DNA of 63,802 bases, filler included, from Choristocarpus tenellus KU-1152 (lineage: Eukaryota; Protista; Phaeophyceae): the NCBI GenBank assembly GCA_964200185.2. It is 8 parts of 8 records of this genome, joined end to end, with 100 filler letters (N's around TTAATTAATTAA, not from the genome) between each part and the next. Parts side by side here need not be neighbours in the genome. Positions count along the whole stretch, not along the records: positions 35,588 to 59,014 come from CAXNAD020000248.1; 7 more parts are not named here. The stretch is one strand, 5' to 3'. Position numbers and translations under genes: made by a program. The notes beneath the pieces were generated by a model that was not told the DNA's origin, made no database searches, and saw only the letters and a program-made list of their open reading frames with translations. Position 1 is the first letter of the stretch. Each line of letters begins with the position of its first letter. Below, one piece after another: positions 41,501 to 54,000 of this stretch.

Positions 41501-43473
41501 GGCGGAGGCATCCACTTGCTCTTGCACACAGCCCTTAGCAGTTCAGACATTCTCTTCGGAAGTCCAAACCTCGACTTATTAGCCCTCTGGGCCCTCTTGT
41601 CTGTATTGATAAACACATAGCTGAGAACCTACCTCAGGGCATACATAACAACAAGGACATATATGTGAGTTGGAAGCACTACGGTTAGGGTAGGCGGTGA
41701 ACGCACAGCAAAATAAATAAATAAAAAGATTTGTGCAGCACGGTAGACATTGGGGACCTCAAAAAAGGTACCAGTGTAAAGGTACAGGGCGCGCAGTAGA
41801 CAAGCATCCAACACTCATCTATTAGCATTAGGGTTAGGGTCACCAACAGAATGGATAGGGACAAGTCTCACAACAGGGCATCACAGACCTCTATTAGCTG
41901 AGGGTTAGGGTTAGGGTTAGGGTCCTTCCATCGGTTCTCTTACATGACCCTCAAGGAATCACTCACACCCCATCCATCCATCCATCCAAGCAACCACTCA
42001 TCTATCAAATCAAGTTAGGGTTAGGGTTAGGGTTACCGTTTTCTGCGAGCAAAGTCTCCTTGTACGCACGTGTGAATGGACAACTCGCACACGGTCCCAC
42101 AGACAACACCAATAAAGCCAGCACGCCTCAAACACTACCTCAGAGTAGCACACCAATAAACCACATATGCAAGTAAGCAAATGGCACTCTGAGAAAAGTC
42201 TAGGAATAGGTCTAGACTAAGTCACTAACCCTAACCCTAAGTATGGAATGAATCGATGCAAGTGGTGGGAGTGATGTAGATGATGCCTCGTTTCATATGA
42301 TATGATATGAAGAGATAGTGTATCCTATTTGTTCAAGGCAGTATGTGAGTCTCCCCATTGGTGGATGTGTTGCTGTTCATGTACACCCCTTACCCAGTCA
42401 GTCTTACCATAACTGCCCTACCATTATTTTATTAGTTATTCAGTACAAAATCTGTACCAATGGCAAGATAGTTGTTTCTCCAAGTGTCAGAATATCTCGT
42501 ACTCTCCATCTGCCTGTTTAAGCAGAGCCTAATCATTCTCAACACAAAGACAAACTGAAAGGCTCATCTGCAATATTCCTCAACACCCACACATAGAGAC
42601 ACCCAAAATGCCTTCTATCCAGTAGGAAACCCTAAGAGAAACCCATTCCCATCCACTCCCCAACAAAATGGACCTCCACTCTACCCCCATTTATTTCATG
42701 TGTTATGGGATAATTCAAAGATCCCTAACCCTAACGGTGTGATACACCACCAACAACACAATACAAAAACCTCCCTTCTCCCTAATCATTAATATCCATG
42801 CACCTGGAGAAATTTCCAGTCATACTTGACACAGCGCCTACTTGGAAAATTCCTAGAGAAATTTCCAGTCATACTTGACTCAGCACCTACTTGGAAAATT
42901 CCTAGGCATTGTCATACATTTATCACAGACTGATACATATACAAAGGGGGTAAGGGTATCTGCTGTCCCTTGTAGATATCATATTGGAGTCCTTTCAAGG
43001 AAGGGTAACCCTAACCCTTTCATAAGGAATATTTGCAGGGGGGGTTAGAATCCAAAGGGTGCAGTACCCTCTGTACTTTACAGAACCTACAGTAAGTACA
43101 GCAAAGTACTGAAAAGTACTGAGAAAATAGGGAGGTAGTGCAGTCAAGAACTAGGAAGTTCTGAAAAGTACAGTACAGTGAAATACGGTAAGAAAAGTAC
43201 TGAAAAGTACAGTACAGTGAAACACGGTAAGAAAGGTACACAGCCACACCTGCCGTAGCTCCATGAACCCAAGCACATCAAGCTCGTCTGAGAAGTTGGA
43301 TGCTATCTCAAAGTGCATCGCCCGCTCTTGCCATGTGAGGTTTGGCTTCAGGTGCTTCAAGAAGTGGTCCCAGACGATCATGCTCAGCTTGCCTGTTCCC
43401 TGTCAACACCACAGATCAATGCGCCACAGTCAGGGTGTGTGTTGGAATGAACTGTTGCTTTGACATGATGCAT

Positions 43474-43518
<45 letters not shown>

Positions 43519-46500
43519 GCACTGAGCAGCACCACTAGCTTAACCAATCCAATGCTTATCATAGCATCTTAGTATCACAGTACCAAGCACAACCCTAATC
43601 ACAGTACCAATCTAAGGTCCAATAAGTTGAAGGGGCATACAGTAAACCTAACCCTAAGATGGTATCAACCAAATAAACTTAACCAAGATAATGATAATTA
43701 GAAGTTATCAATAGGTAACAATAATATAACATCAATACAACAATAATATAACATCAATATAACAATAATATAACAACAAAAAAAGTAGCAAGCAATCAAC
43801 TGATACTACTTATCCATTGACAAGATCATCAATAAAAAAAAGTAATTAAGTACTGTGTTGCAACGTACTATTGATAACACTCATAACTGTTTGTGTTGTA
43901 AATCATACCGATCCAATCACTCACTCCGACAAACTGCTATTCATCAATAAAAAAATTGAATCTTGATTGCTTGATTTGTTTTTTGTATGTTTTTTTTTGT
44001 ACGATTGTGAGCTACCCGCATTTCCACCCTAACCCTCAGCAATTCACGCCTCCATCCACGCACTGTGTGTAAGTTTGTTTCCACTGTGATCAAGTACTCT
44101 GATATTTACCAGAACTATTTGACTTACCCCTCACAAGTCACACTTTGTATTCACAAGAGTAGTAGCATACACTCCATGTTGACACACCAATAGAAATAAT
44201 AGTAACAGTAGGATTGAACCAATAAAACAAACTAATTTTTTTTCCAAGTATTACCTCTCGTTTTTCGAAAAGTAGAACAGAATCAGCAGTTACCAGATAA
44301 CCCTAACCCTAACCCTAACCCTAATCTGCAATTAATCTTCAGATGCAAAGAGGTGTGTAGAACACAATTAAACAAATGAGTACATACATAATTGCATAGT
44401 AGTACTTGGTGTGCCATGCCATGTCATCACAGGACGTGGGGCTTGCCATTGTCCAATGACAGCAAACCATCATCTCATACCTTCCACTCAATATACTACA
44501 GTGTAACACAATACTTTTATTCATATAGTACAGTGAATTACAATCATACAATACAATACTTGAAAGTACTATAACATAAAGTGCTATACTGTACTGTGTA
44601 TAAAACAGAATAAAATAAAATAAAAACAGGATACTCAACGTTCCATTCGAGAAACCTATCACTCTGGAGACCACAATCATGTCTCAATAAACAGTGTAAA
44701 GTCAATAGAAAAAGACATAAAACACAGGACACATGTTACATTCAGACAAGAGGGTGCATGCACCCTAACCCCAACCCAATAGTCACAGCTCTAATGCATA
44801 CTTGGCACAGAATCGAGATTTTCCTACTACACCAAAGTTGTTGCCATATTGAATTTCTCGAGCTTGGCTGGTCTGGTCCAACATCACTCAAGAGCAGTAC
44901 TCTCTGAAGAGACACCTCAATACTATCAATAGAGTAGTATTATTGGACTATTTTCAATAGACTAGTATTAATAGACTAATATCAGTAGACTCCTATTAAT
45001 ACACTATTACCAATATACTACCATTAATAGACTACTATTAATAGACTAGTATAAATAATAGACTAATACCAATTGACTACTATCAATAGACTACCATTAA
45101 TAGACTAATACCAATAAACTACTATTAATATACTAATACCAATAAACTACTATTAACATACTAATATGAATAGACTACCATTAATAGACTAATACCAATA
45201 AACTACTATTAACAAACAAATATGAATAGACTACCATTAATAGACTAATACCAATAAACTGCTATTAACAAACTAATATAAATAGACTACCATTAATAGA
45301 CTAATACCAATAAACTACTAATAACATACTAATATGAATAAAGTATAGTATCAATAGACTAACATCAAAAGACTAGTGTTAATAGACTAGTATCAATAGA
45401 ATAGTATTAATGAGACTAATACCAATTGACTAGTATTAATAGACTACCACCAATAAACTAGTATTGATAGACTAGTAGTAATAGACTATTTCTATAGACT
45501 GGTATTAACAGACTAATATCAGTAGACTCCTATTAATAGACCAATAACAATAGACTACTACTAAAAGACTAATATCAATAAACTACTATTAACATACTAA
45601 TATAAATAGACTAGGGTTAGGGTTAGTATACTCATACAACCAGCGTATTTCAATTGGGATATGCTAAAGATCGACTCAGAAAATACTTCAAATAAGTGCA
45701 GGACTAGGGTCTAGAACTAGGGTCCAGCCTAGCAGAAGAAGTTTCTCTCACCTTAGGATCCATTGTAGCAAAGGCTGCATTGAGTCCCTTGAGCTCCTTC
45801 AAACGCTCATTCTTCACCTACTCCCATATTGATAAGTGTACACAAAAGCACATCACATACACAACACAACAGATATAATGTCAACATATGAATGAATGGG
45901 AGAGGTAAAATAAAAAAATGATGTAACAAATAAAAACAGTTGTGAGCAACAAGAGGATAAATATATATATATATATATATATTCTCAGGTTAGGGTTAAG
46001 TGTACCACGAATAATATCCAAGTACATTTAAACTATTAGTAGTACATTTAGATTATTATTAGTACACTAAAACTATTAGTAGTACATTTAGATTATTAAT
46101 AGTACACTAAAACTATTAGTAGTACATTTAGATTATTATTAGTACACTAAAACTATTAGTAGTACATTTAGATTATTATTAGTACACTAAAACTATTAGT
46201 AGTACATTTAGATTATTATTAGTACATTAAAACTATTAGTAGTACATTTAGATTATTAATAGTACACTAAAACTATTAGTAGTATATTTAGATTATTATT
46301 AGTACACTAAAACTATTAGTAGTACATTTAGATTATTATTAGTACACTAAAACTATTAGTAGTACATTTAGATTATTATTAGTACACTAAAACTATTAGT
46401 AGTACATTTAGATTATTAATAGAACATTAAAACTATTAGTAGTACATTTAGATTATTATTAGTACACTAAAACTATTAGTAGTGCATTTAGATTATTAAT

Positions 46501-46827
46501 AGTACATTTAAAATATCAACAGTATGAAAGATAAACAAGAAAAAAAGTATTCACCACCCTGACACACCTCCTGTTATGTAAAAAGCACACCAGCATCAAA
46601 CCAAACTGTGAACTAGACACATTCAAAAGATGAGATTAAAAATTGAGGAGCTATCCATTACAAAACAAGTTGCAACCACCTTCTGACCATTTGTCATCCA
46701 GTATGAACCACTCTCAGCCATGCCCGGTACATTCCTTTTAAAGTGTCAACAAACATCTCATTCATAAAATTTTTAAAAGCGGTGAGATTCCACACCATAC
46801 TCCTTCCACACACACACCCCCCCCCCC

Positions 46828-46862
<35 letters not shown>

Positions 46863-49800
46863 TCCTGTAGCAGAAAACACACCCATGTCCCTACATGAAC
46901 AGAAATTCATTAACAAATCAAAGGTGTTACAAAGCATACTACTATGTACATAGGGTTAGGGTTAGGGTTAGGGTTAGGGTTAGAGGTGTGTTGCATTTAG
47001 TGCAAATAGGCAAGATATCGTGTTGACTATATAGAAATCAAGTAACTTACATTGTTAGAGGTAAACATCATAGTGTCATACTGCTCCGATGACCTTCAAC
47101 TTTAAATCTGAAAAAATCAGGGTTTTTTTCCGATATTTAGGTACCAGCCCAAGCAAAAGAAAAACTAAGAAAAAAATGGTTGTACAGTACATACTGGATT
47201 TGATTTGTCCAATGTGTGACCATCTCCGACAAAAAAGTGTGCTATTATTGGCCACTCTGTTCCGTGAAAGGGTACAAATTGGTGTTACTAGGGCTTGAAA
47301 AAGAGAGAGGGAGAGGGAGAGGGAGAGAGCATCTCACCATCAAAATCAGTTTTGGCAGCACTCACCTGTTTGGTGGTGTGCTCTAGGAAGACATCGTAAG
47401 TCACACCCATTAGAAGAGAGAGCAAGAAGATGCTTCCCACCAGGAGTACAACCACCATGAATGGGATATACATAGCATTGCTGCTTAGAGCCTCATTGAC
47501 CAGGTTGGAGTAGTTGTCCCCACAGACCATGAGTATCCTTGGGTTAGGGTTAGGGTTAGGGTGAGATTGAGCAGCACAGCATTAATAGCAACGATACACT
47601 AGATATATATTCAGAGTGGGATAACCCAAACCCTAACCCTAACCATCCCATGAGCCGAAAAAAACATAATGTACACTAAATTTAGGGAAGGAGCAAGTTT
47701 CATGCGCATATCACATCATATCACATCCTATCACAGCAACAAGGAATAACATCATATCACATCCTATCACAGCAATAAGGTATAACATCATATCACATCA
47801 GAGGTGCACGAGGTCTCTGCGACATGCCCTGAAGCTAACCAAAATAAATATATTTCATAGGTACAAAAATAATTGCAGAGTACTATCATTACAATATAAA
47901 TAGTACAGTGATGATCTACAAGTGCACCCTAACACACTGATACACTGTAAACGTATCAATCCACACTAGAATATACTTCACCAATCACCATGTGCATGCA
48001 TGTTAATGTCTAGATATTTGAGTCCTGCTGTTAGTGAAACATACAGCAGGGTCAGGGCTACACGTTCTCAACCCTAAACCTAAGGGCACTTTGAGTGCTA
48101 TCTACGTTATAGTCGTACTTCAAACTGTAACATGAATGAGACTCAGATTCTAGCCTATGAAACTCATGCGAGACTACGTTAGTCTAAGGCTACTACTTGT
48201 ACTCATGTGGTACTACTTGTACTCATGTGGTACTACTTGTACTCATGTGGTACTACTTGTACTCACGTGGTACTACTTGTACTCATGTGGTACTACTTGT
48301 ACTCATGTGGTACTACTTGTACTCATGTGGTACTACTTGTACTCATGTGGTACTACTTGTACTCATGTGGTACTACTTGTACTCATGTGGTACTACTTGT
48401 ATTCACGTGGTACTTGAACGCAACTTGACCTCCACGGCCTGTTAGTACCATCAGCTCATCACTAGCAAAACGGCTCATGGTACTCAATAATTAATTTTCC
48501 AATTCTGACAACAAACTTTGCACTGGCACCTCTTGTATGAGAACTAGTACTAGTTGTGGTAAATGAACAGAACTTGTCTGATTTGGGTTCTCTCCCAAGA
48601 ACCACAGGTACACAAGTGGCACTAACCCAGTTCTCCATAAGCAACTCGAGAGACACACACAACACACACAACAAAAAAATTGTACTCCAGAGTAGTGCTC
48701 AAGCACAATCAATCAAAATGCTCCAGTGGTAGGCAATGTAGTACACTCCAGACAAGGTACATCTCTCTGATCTCATAACCTGCAGAAGAGTTCCTTGCAA
48801 CTTCTCTACGTCCAACCCTCACCAGATTGCATACCCAGCAGCAGCAGGGTCCTCAAAGTCAAGCTTTTCCCTCCCAAAGGCCATGGCAGCATAACTAGAG
48901 CTGAGCAGCATGAAAAATACCACTGGAAGGCACACTCGCAAGAAGCCTGGAAGCATCCCTCCTACCACAGCATAGAACCTTCGGATGGATCTTGTTCGCA
49001 GTGACAGGACGGCTGCAACAGGGTTAGCACACAGTTGGCCACAAAGATTGGGTGGGTTAGGGTTAGGGTTAGGGTTAGGGTTATGCGTGGTAACGTAGGC
49101 AGTGTCCAAGGTTGAGAGAGGGGTATGAAATTGATGGATAGATTTCAATGGGATGAGGTAGAGAGGCGTGACTTGTCGTATCATTGCAACTTTCACAGTA
49201 TGGATGAAAGCGCCGTTTCTATCAATCAAAGTGACCTCAGCAACAGATCCAAACATGTAAATAACAGAGCAGGCGTTTTGCCAGTTCTTCAACTAACGGG
49301 TACCCTATGAAGCATTACCAACAACAAATGATACACCAATCTTGTCAATCTGGAATCCAGGTCTAAATGGCCAGAACATTTTAAAACCTAACCCTAACCC
49401 TAACCCAAATATGTGGATGGCAGTTATATGCACTAAAATAAGGAACGTAACTTGCGAGCACTATTGATAAAAGCAACATTGTAATCTCACCACAGTACAC
49501 TGTAACGTCTAGACAAAAGCATCAACCCCAAGACAGCTGCCATGACGGGCCCCACCCTGGACATCCTAACCCAACGAAGCACACAATGTACCGACAGTAC
49601 AGTCTCCAAGGGTTTGTCTTCCGCACCAGGACGCAGGGGGCGTGCGAAACGCACTCCAACAAGACCGGTGGCATCAACAGCTAGCACAGCAACTATCACA
49701 AGCAGCAGGCATTGCCACGGCTTCTTCAGGTAGCCTCGTAAACCCATGTAGCACATCTTCAGGAGCACTTCCACCGCATACACGCCGACAAATGCCAGCT

Positions 49801-50774
49801 CGAGGGCTTTGAGGCTTCTGTTGCTGAGCCAAACATCCCCCGAATGGCTGTTTGTTGCTTGGTGCTCCAGGAACACAAGCAGGGAGTGCAGCACGTTGCA
49901 TGTGAACACAAAATAGAGCCACCAGTCACTGGTGTGCACTCGGAAAGCGGCGAATATATGCCATGGCTTCTTCGACATTTGAGCCATCCCGTGTTGCAGC
50001 CTACACAAGAGGCATAACGAAACAGGAAGAAAAAGTTATCAACAGCAGTATCACCATGGTATGCGAGCTATGCAAGCGCACATCGTCACTTCCTGGTGAC
50101 AGCCCTTTGCAATTCCGAATGTGTGAAAACTTTTTGACAAACCAGCTCTATACAAACGTTGTCAGGATGTGCTTCGGCTAGGTGCACAACACCTACCAGT
50201 GAACAAGAAATGGAATCGGACCCACTTACTTGCTATTGTCAAGACAACAAAATACACAGGGTGCTAAGAAGGTAAAGTTTTCCTACGCCTCAGTACACTA
50301 TTTACCGGCCGGCGAAGGCATCCTGGACGTAAAATGCTGCGAGCTGAGTCATCGCATTCATCTCCTCTGCCCTCTGCCTCATGATCTTGGCAACACCTTG
50401 CTTAAAGATGCGCTTTATCTTGAGTTTGCGAGAGGCCTGCAAATGGAAATCAAATCATCATATCAAACTTGCACTCATTAGACAGGGGGGAGAGCGCTGT
50501 TCTTATCCAGGGTGTGCCTCATCTATGACAAGCAATACAAAGCTCGATTCGAGGAAGGTTCAAAAACAGGTACCTTGGCCTCCTCTGACCACCGATCATT
50601 GTTAAAGGACGAGCTCGCTGATGATGAATCTAACTTTGTGTGGCGACTTCCAAAGCTTGGTATTCTGCTGAGAAGGCGTTCTGTCAAGCTCGGCGTCCGG
50701 AGCAGGGGCGCTGGCCTACGCAATGGAAGAGGTGTGTCATCAAGTTCCCCCGGTGGGGCCACTGTCGACCCCAT
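35588..50774 (-). CDS. TPC: Two-pore channel (TPC family voltage-gated cation channel), 3'-truncated
   Basis: Phase-consistent exons 50774-50574, 50436-50306, 50000-49627, 49012-48823, 47537-47366, 45817-45752, 43399-43250, 41628-41460, and probably 35640 to the contig end. Motifs: LAAFYVQDAFAGR (TPC N-terminus), ELAFVGVYAVEVLLKM..GLRGYLKKPW (S2-S3), RFARPLRP (S4), pore ILMVCGDNY, S6 IFLLSLLMGVTYDVF, and an EF-like linker DPKGTGKLS. Confidence 0.9.
37106..37219 (+). repeat. 7-bp tandem repeat (GGTACAA)n/(GGTACTA)n
   Basis: Two variant blocks visible directly in the sequence. Confidence 0.95.
38695..38822 (+). repeat. Degenerate 21-bp minisatellite
   Basis: About 6 AATCAAGTACTACATAATGAT-like units. 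Confidence 0.75.
39781..39900 (+). repeat. 14-bp minisatellite CAACTCATTAAT(A/G)
   Basis: Multiple near-perfect tandem copies. Confidence 0.92.
40143..40323 (+). repeat. 12-bp minisatellite ATAACTG(T/G)TAA(A/G/T)
   Basis: Tandem copies visible directly. Confidence 0.92.
40552..40600 (+). repeat. Interstitial telomeric repeat (CCCTAA with CCCTAT variants)
   Basis: About 8 hexamers inside a TPC intron. Confidence 0.9.
41168..41470 (-). repeat. 18-bp tandem repeat (16 units) spanning a TPC exon/intron boundary
   Basis: The minus-strand unit GTGAGTTGATT(G/A)TGT(T/G)TG contains the donor G|GTGAGT. Confidence 0.95.
44925..45612 (+). repeat. Degenerate AT-rich satellite (AATAGACTA core, about 12-13 bp)
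   Basis: Dozens of AATAGACTA/AATAAACTA units, abutting a TTAGGG tract at 45613. Confidence 0.88.
46020..46511 (+). repeat. 40-bp (2x20) minisatellite
   Basis: AGTACATTTAGATTATTATT-AGTACACTAAAACTATTAGT repeated about 12 times. Confidence 0.95.
46951..46983 (+). repeat. Interstitial telomeric repeat (TTAGGG, about 5 units)
   Basis: Perfect hexamers in a TPC intron. Confidence 0.92.
47541..47561 (-). repeat. (CCCTAA)3 directly upstream of a TPC 3' splice site
   Basis: Sense strand reads CCCTAACCCTAACCCTAACCCAAG|GATACTC. Confidence 0.85.
48191..48415 (+). repeat. 20-bp minisatellite TACTACTTGTACTCATGTGG x11
   Basis: Near-perfect tandem copies. Confidence 0.96.
49054..49083 (+). repeat. Interstitial telomeric repeat (TTAGGG, about 5 units)
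   Basis: Perfect hexamers about 40 nt upstream of the exon 49012 acceptor. Confidence 0.92.
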
Positions 50775-51056
50775 TGAAGGGCTAACCTCCCTCACGCCAC
50801 CTTAAGACAACAGGAACCAGCCACTGTGGATCTTTTCTGCGCAAACTGCGCTCCAATATGTGGTAAATCAATCAACCTACCCTGCTAAGGAGTGATCGAC
50901 GGTCAGGCAACGATTTTTCAAGAACTTTTGCCTTCAACAATAACATATCAAAGAGGGTGATGAGAGAATGGTGATGCGCGAGCAAGAATACAACTTCGCG
51001 TGCTCGTTCGTTGGTTGCACCTTCTATCAGGGCGTTGAAGGTTCGAGATACAGAGG
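50775..51056. promoter_or_regulatory. Putative bidirectional promoter/5'UTR region between the TPC and SAP-DLH genes
   Basis: The predicted start codons diverge only about 280 bp apart. Confidence 0.55.
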
Positions 51057-54000
51057 ATGGCAAGACAACACCTCAAGCCCTGTGTTCGACAGGGCAAGCA
51101 ACGGCATCTAGCCTTGCATGGCATCATTTGCGGTCTTCTAACCTTGTGGCTAAGACAAGGTACGACAGGAACAATGTAATCGATGGTTGGTTATGTGAGA
51201 GTCAACTAACACTTGCATTAACCTGTCACCCCATCCGTTTACCCTTCATCAAGTCAGGAAGCATACTTCAGTCAACTACCTGTAATTATGGCTATTTCTC
51301 CCCAATCGTCGACACCTCCCCAAATTAGATGTGTGCGCTTTCACTCCAATATGTGGAAGGGTCGTGGCGTCTCAAAGGTCATGGCAACCATCCAAAACAA
51401 CATTGAAGAACAACAGTGGAAGTTTGCAGATGACCCTTCGCGCAAGCAGTGGGATGGAAGATGATACTCCCCTTACTAGCGTTGATGACTTGCAAGGTAA
51501 GGAAACTAAGCCTTGTTTTCGCGGTACGCGAGGGGAGACGGCGTGGGCTAAAGTGGGTAGTGTTCAATTTGCGTGGCAGCAACACTACGATAAAGACGGG
51601 AGAGAAGCGGCGTTCAGGGCGAATATTGTGTTGTATTTGTAAATTCGGGTACGATGCTTCTGCCTGTCCAAGTGACCAAGTAAATTTGGGTTACAGCAGT
51701 CTATATAGCACAGCTTGATTGATTTCTCTGGAGGTGACCTCACTGTGGTTGCCCGTACCTGCTTCTTGGCTCACTTGTTCGACTGCATTCTAGCCATGAC
51801 TGTAGTAAACCTGAAGGCAGAGCTGAAAGCTCGTGGCCTCAAGCAGGTTGGGTGTAAAGCAGACCTGGTGAGGCGAATGGTCGAGGCCCTTGGTCTAGCC
51901 TCGCTGGTAGAAGATGCACCAGTGGAGACCGTGGATCTTGCCGATCCCCAATTCAGGACAGATACATCTGCTTGGCACGATGAAAGGACTGCTGATAGCG
52001 AAACACCACTTACCAAGCCCCCAAATAAACCCATAGCTGAGCGGGACACTGATGATGCTCCCGAGGCAGTACCATCAAAGGAAGAGGATGAGCCCCCACC
52101 ATGGGCATGGATGCTGGAGGATGGGATGAAGGAGGAAGAAAAGGGAAGACCACTGAAGATGCCAGAAGGGTTTCCCTTAGTACACCAACCTCAGGAGCGA
52201 CAACTTGATGATGATGGTTTTGACTCGGCATACGAATTTGACTTGAGTAAAAAGGTTATTGAAGACGTCTTGGACCGAAACATCCGTGAATTTGCGACCG
52301 AGGCTCAAAACTCCTCAGGAGGTGTCTACGTGGCAGCTAACAAGCAGGCCTTGAGACCTTGGGATGGGCCTCACGGCAAACGAAAACAGAAGCATGCAGT
52401 GGTTATTCTATCTGATGTCTACGGATGGGAAGACCCTCGTATGAGAAGTGCTGTGGACAAAGTTGCTGATGTTTGCAATGTGGTGGCGCTTCTGCCAGAC
52501 ATGTTCAGGGGGCGCCCATGGGATCCCCAGCGCTCCGATGACGAGTACGAGGATTGGAGAGCGTCACATGATCCAGTGAGACAGTTTTGCATTGTTTACT
52601 CAATATGTTCACCAAATGGCAACCCTCGCAACATTTTTTTTTTGTGCAATCATTTATAGAACATGGTATTCTGACTCATAACAAGTGCCTTCGTGTTTGC
52701 CCTGTTGCTGCCAGGACCTTTTTTTTCTCTAGCCTGTTTCCATTTCTTGCTGCAAGATCAGTGAAATGCTTTGACTCCACTTTTTGGGGTTGAGACATAC
52801 TGATCCAATCTGACTTTTTTTGTTTATTTCTCACAATATATATATATACTCGGAGAAGTGCCAACACTATTGTCACCTTTTCAGGAAACAATCTCAAGTG
52901 ACATCCGTGCCTGTGTCAACTTTGCAAGAACTGAGTTTAGCCCCAGCTCTCTTGGTTTGGTGGGCTTCTGCTTTGGAGGGGGAAAGGCATTGGAGGAGGC
53001 AGCAAAAGGTGATTATTGTCAGTGCACATTTGGCACCATTTTTATCTTTGAGGCAGGATTGCTTGTTTTTAGCTTTTGTCTGGGAGAGATGGTCTCCTAT
53101 TGGTGTGCCTTGATGATCTTGATGGACAGCTGCAGATGGCCTATCATCGAAGACATCCTATGCAGCATTGTCTCCAGTACTCAAGCCCCTTACCATGTGA
53201 TGATGTCATTTGTAGATAGAACAGCAACACTCTGCTAGACAAGTGTTAGTTAATGCGAAGAACAGCTGTCTAATTTATTAAAGAGAACAACCAGGTAATG
53301 TTGCAGGAACAAGATCTATGTGGTAGCTTTGTCAATAATTGAAGATGAACCTTCGGGGACTGTTAGACTTTCTAGAATATCTAATGCTTTCAGGGTAATG
53401 AAGTATTGATTTGTACATGTGCTTGACAGGACAGGACAGGAGAGTATAGGTTGTCCCAAACAGTAAATTAGCACTCTGTAGTCTGACAAGCTCCCACCTC
53501 AATTTACAGGAATAATATGAACCCAACAATCAAATACTTGATCATTCTTCTGACATTCTTGAGTTGATATTACTGGAGAACCTTCCAATACTGTGCTTAT
53601 TGCCCACATTGCAGTATTTATTCCACAATTACAGAGGAATTCGAATTTATATTCATGGTTAGGGTTATTGTTTTGATAAGTTCCTTCCCGCTCATGTTGA
53701 GGCATAATCTATTTGTCATTACTTAACTTCTGCCTTTGTGAGTTGTTATTCTAGACCTATCATACTCAAGTAGACATATCATGCCAACAATCAACTAGAG
53801 TTGGGGGGGTTTTGTATGCACTTATTAATGCTGAACGCAACAACTACTTGTGCGTGCTCAAAGTATTGGCTGAGCTGGTCAACTGATCTTTAAACCCATG
53901 CTGCTGTGGCAGGCCTGGTGAAACCAGATGCTGTGGCAGTGTTCTACCCCACCCGATACAACCTTTCAGCTATTGTGCCAAAGCTGTGTTGCCCCTTGGC

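Noticed and set aside
41168-41620. Plus-strand INSPNT repeat protein
   Set aside because: It is the antisense translation of the TPC exon and its donor-site minisatellite.
48157-48445. ORFs with CGTTCTHVVLLVLMWYYLYS repeats (also the ITVK/VILT ORFs at about 40.1-40.4 kb and the YKVQGTR ORF at 37 kb)
   Set aside because: These are translations of intronic minisatellites.
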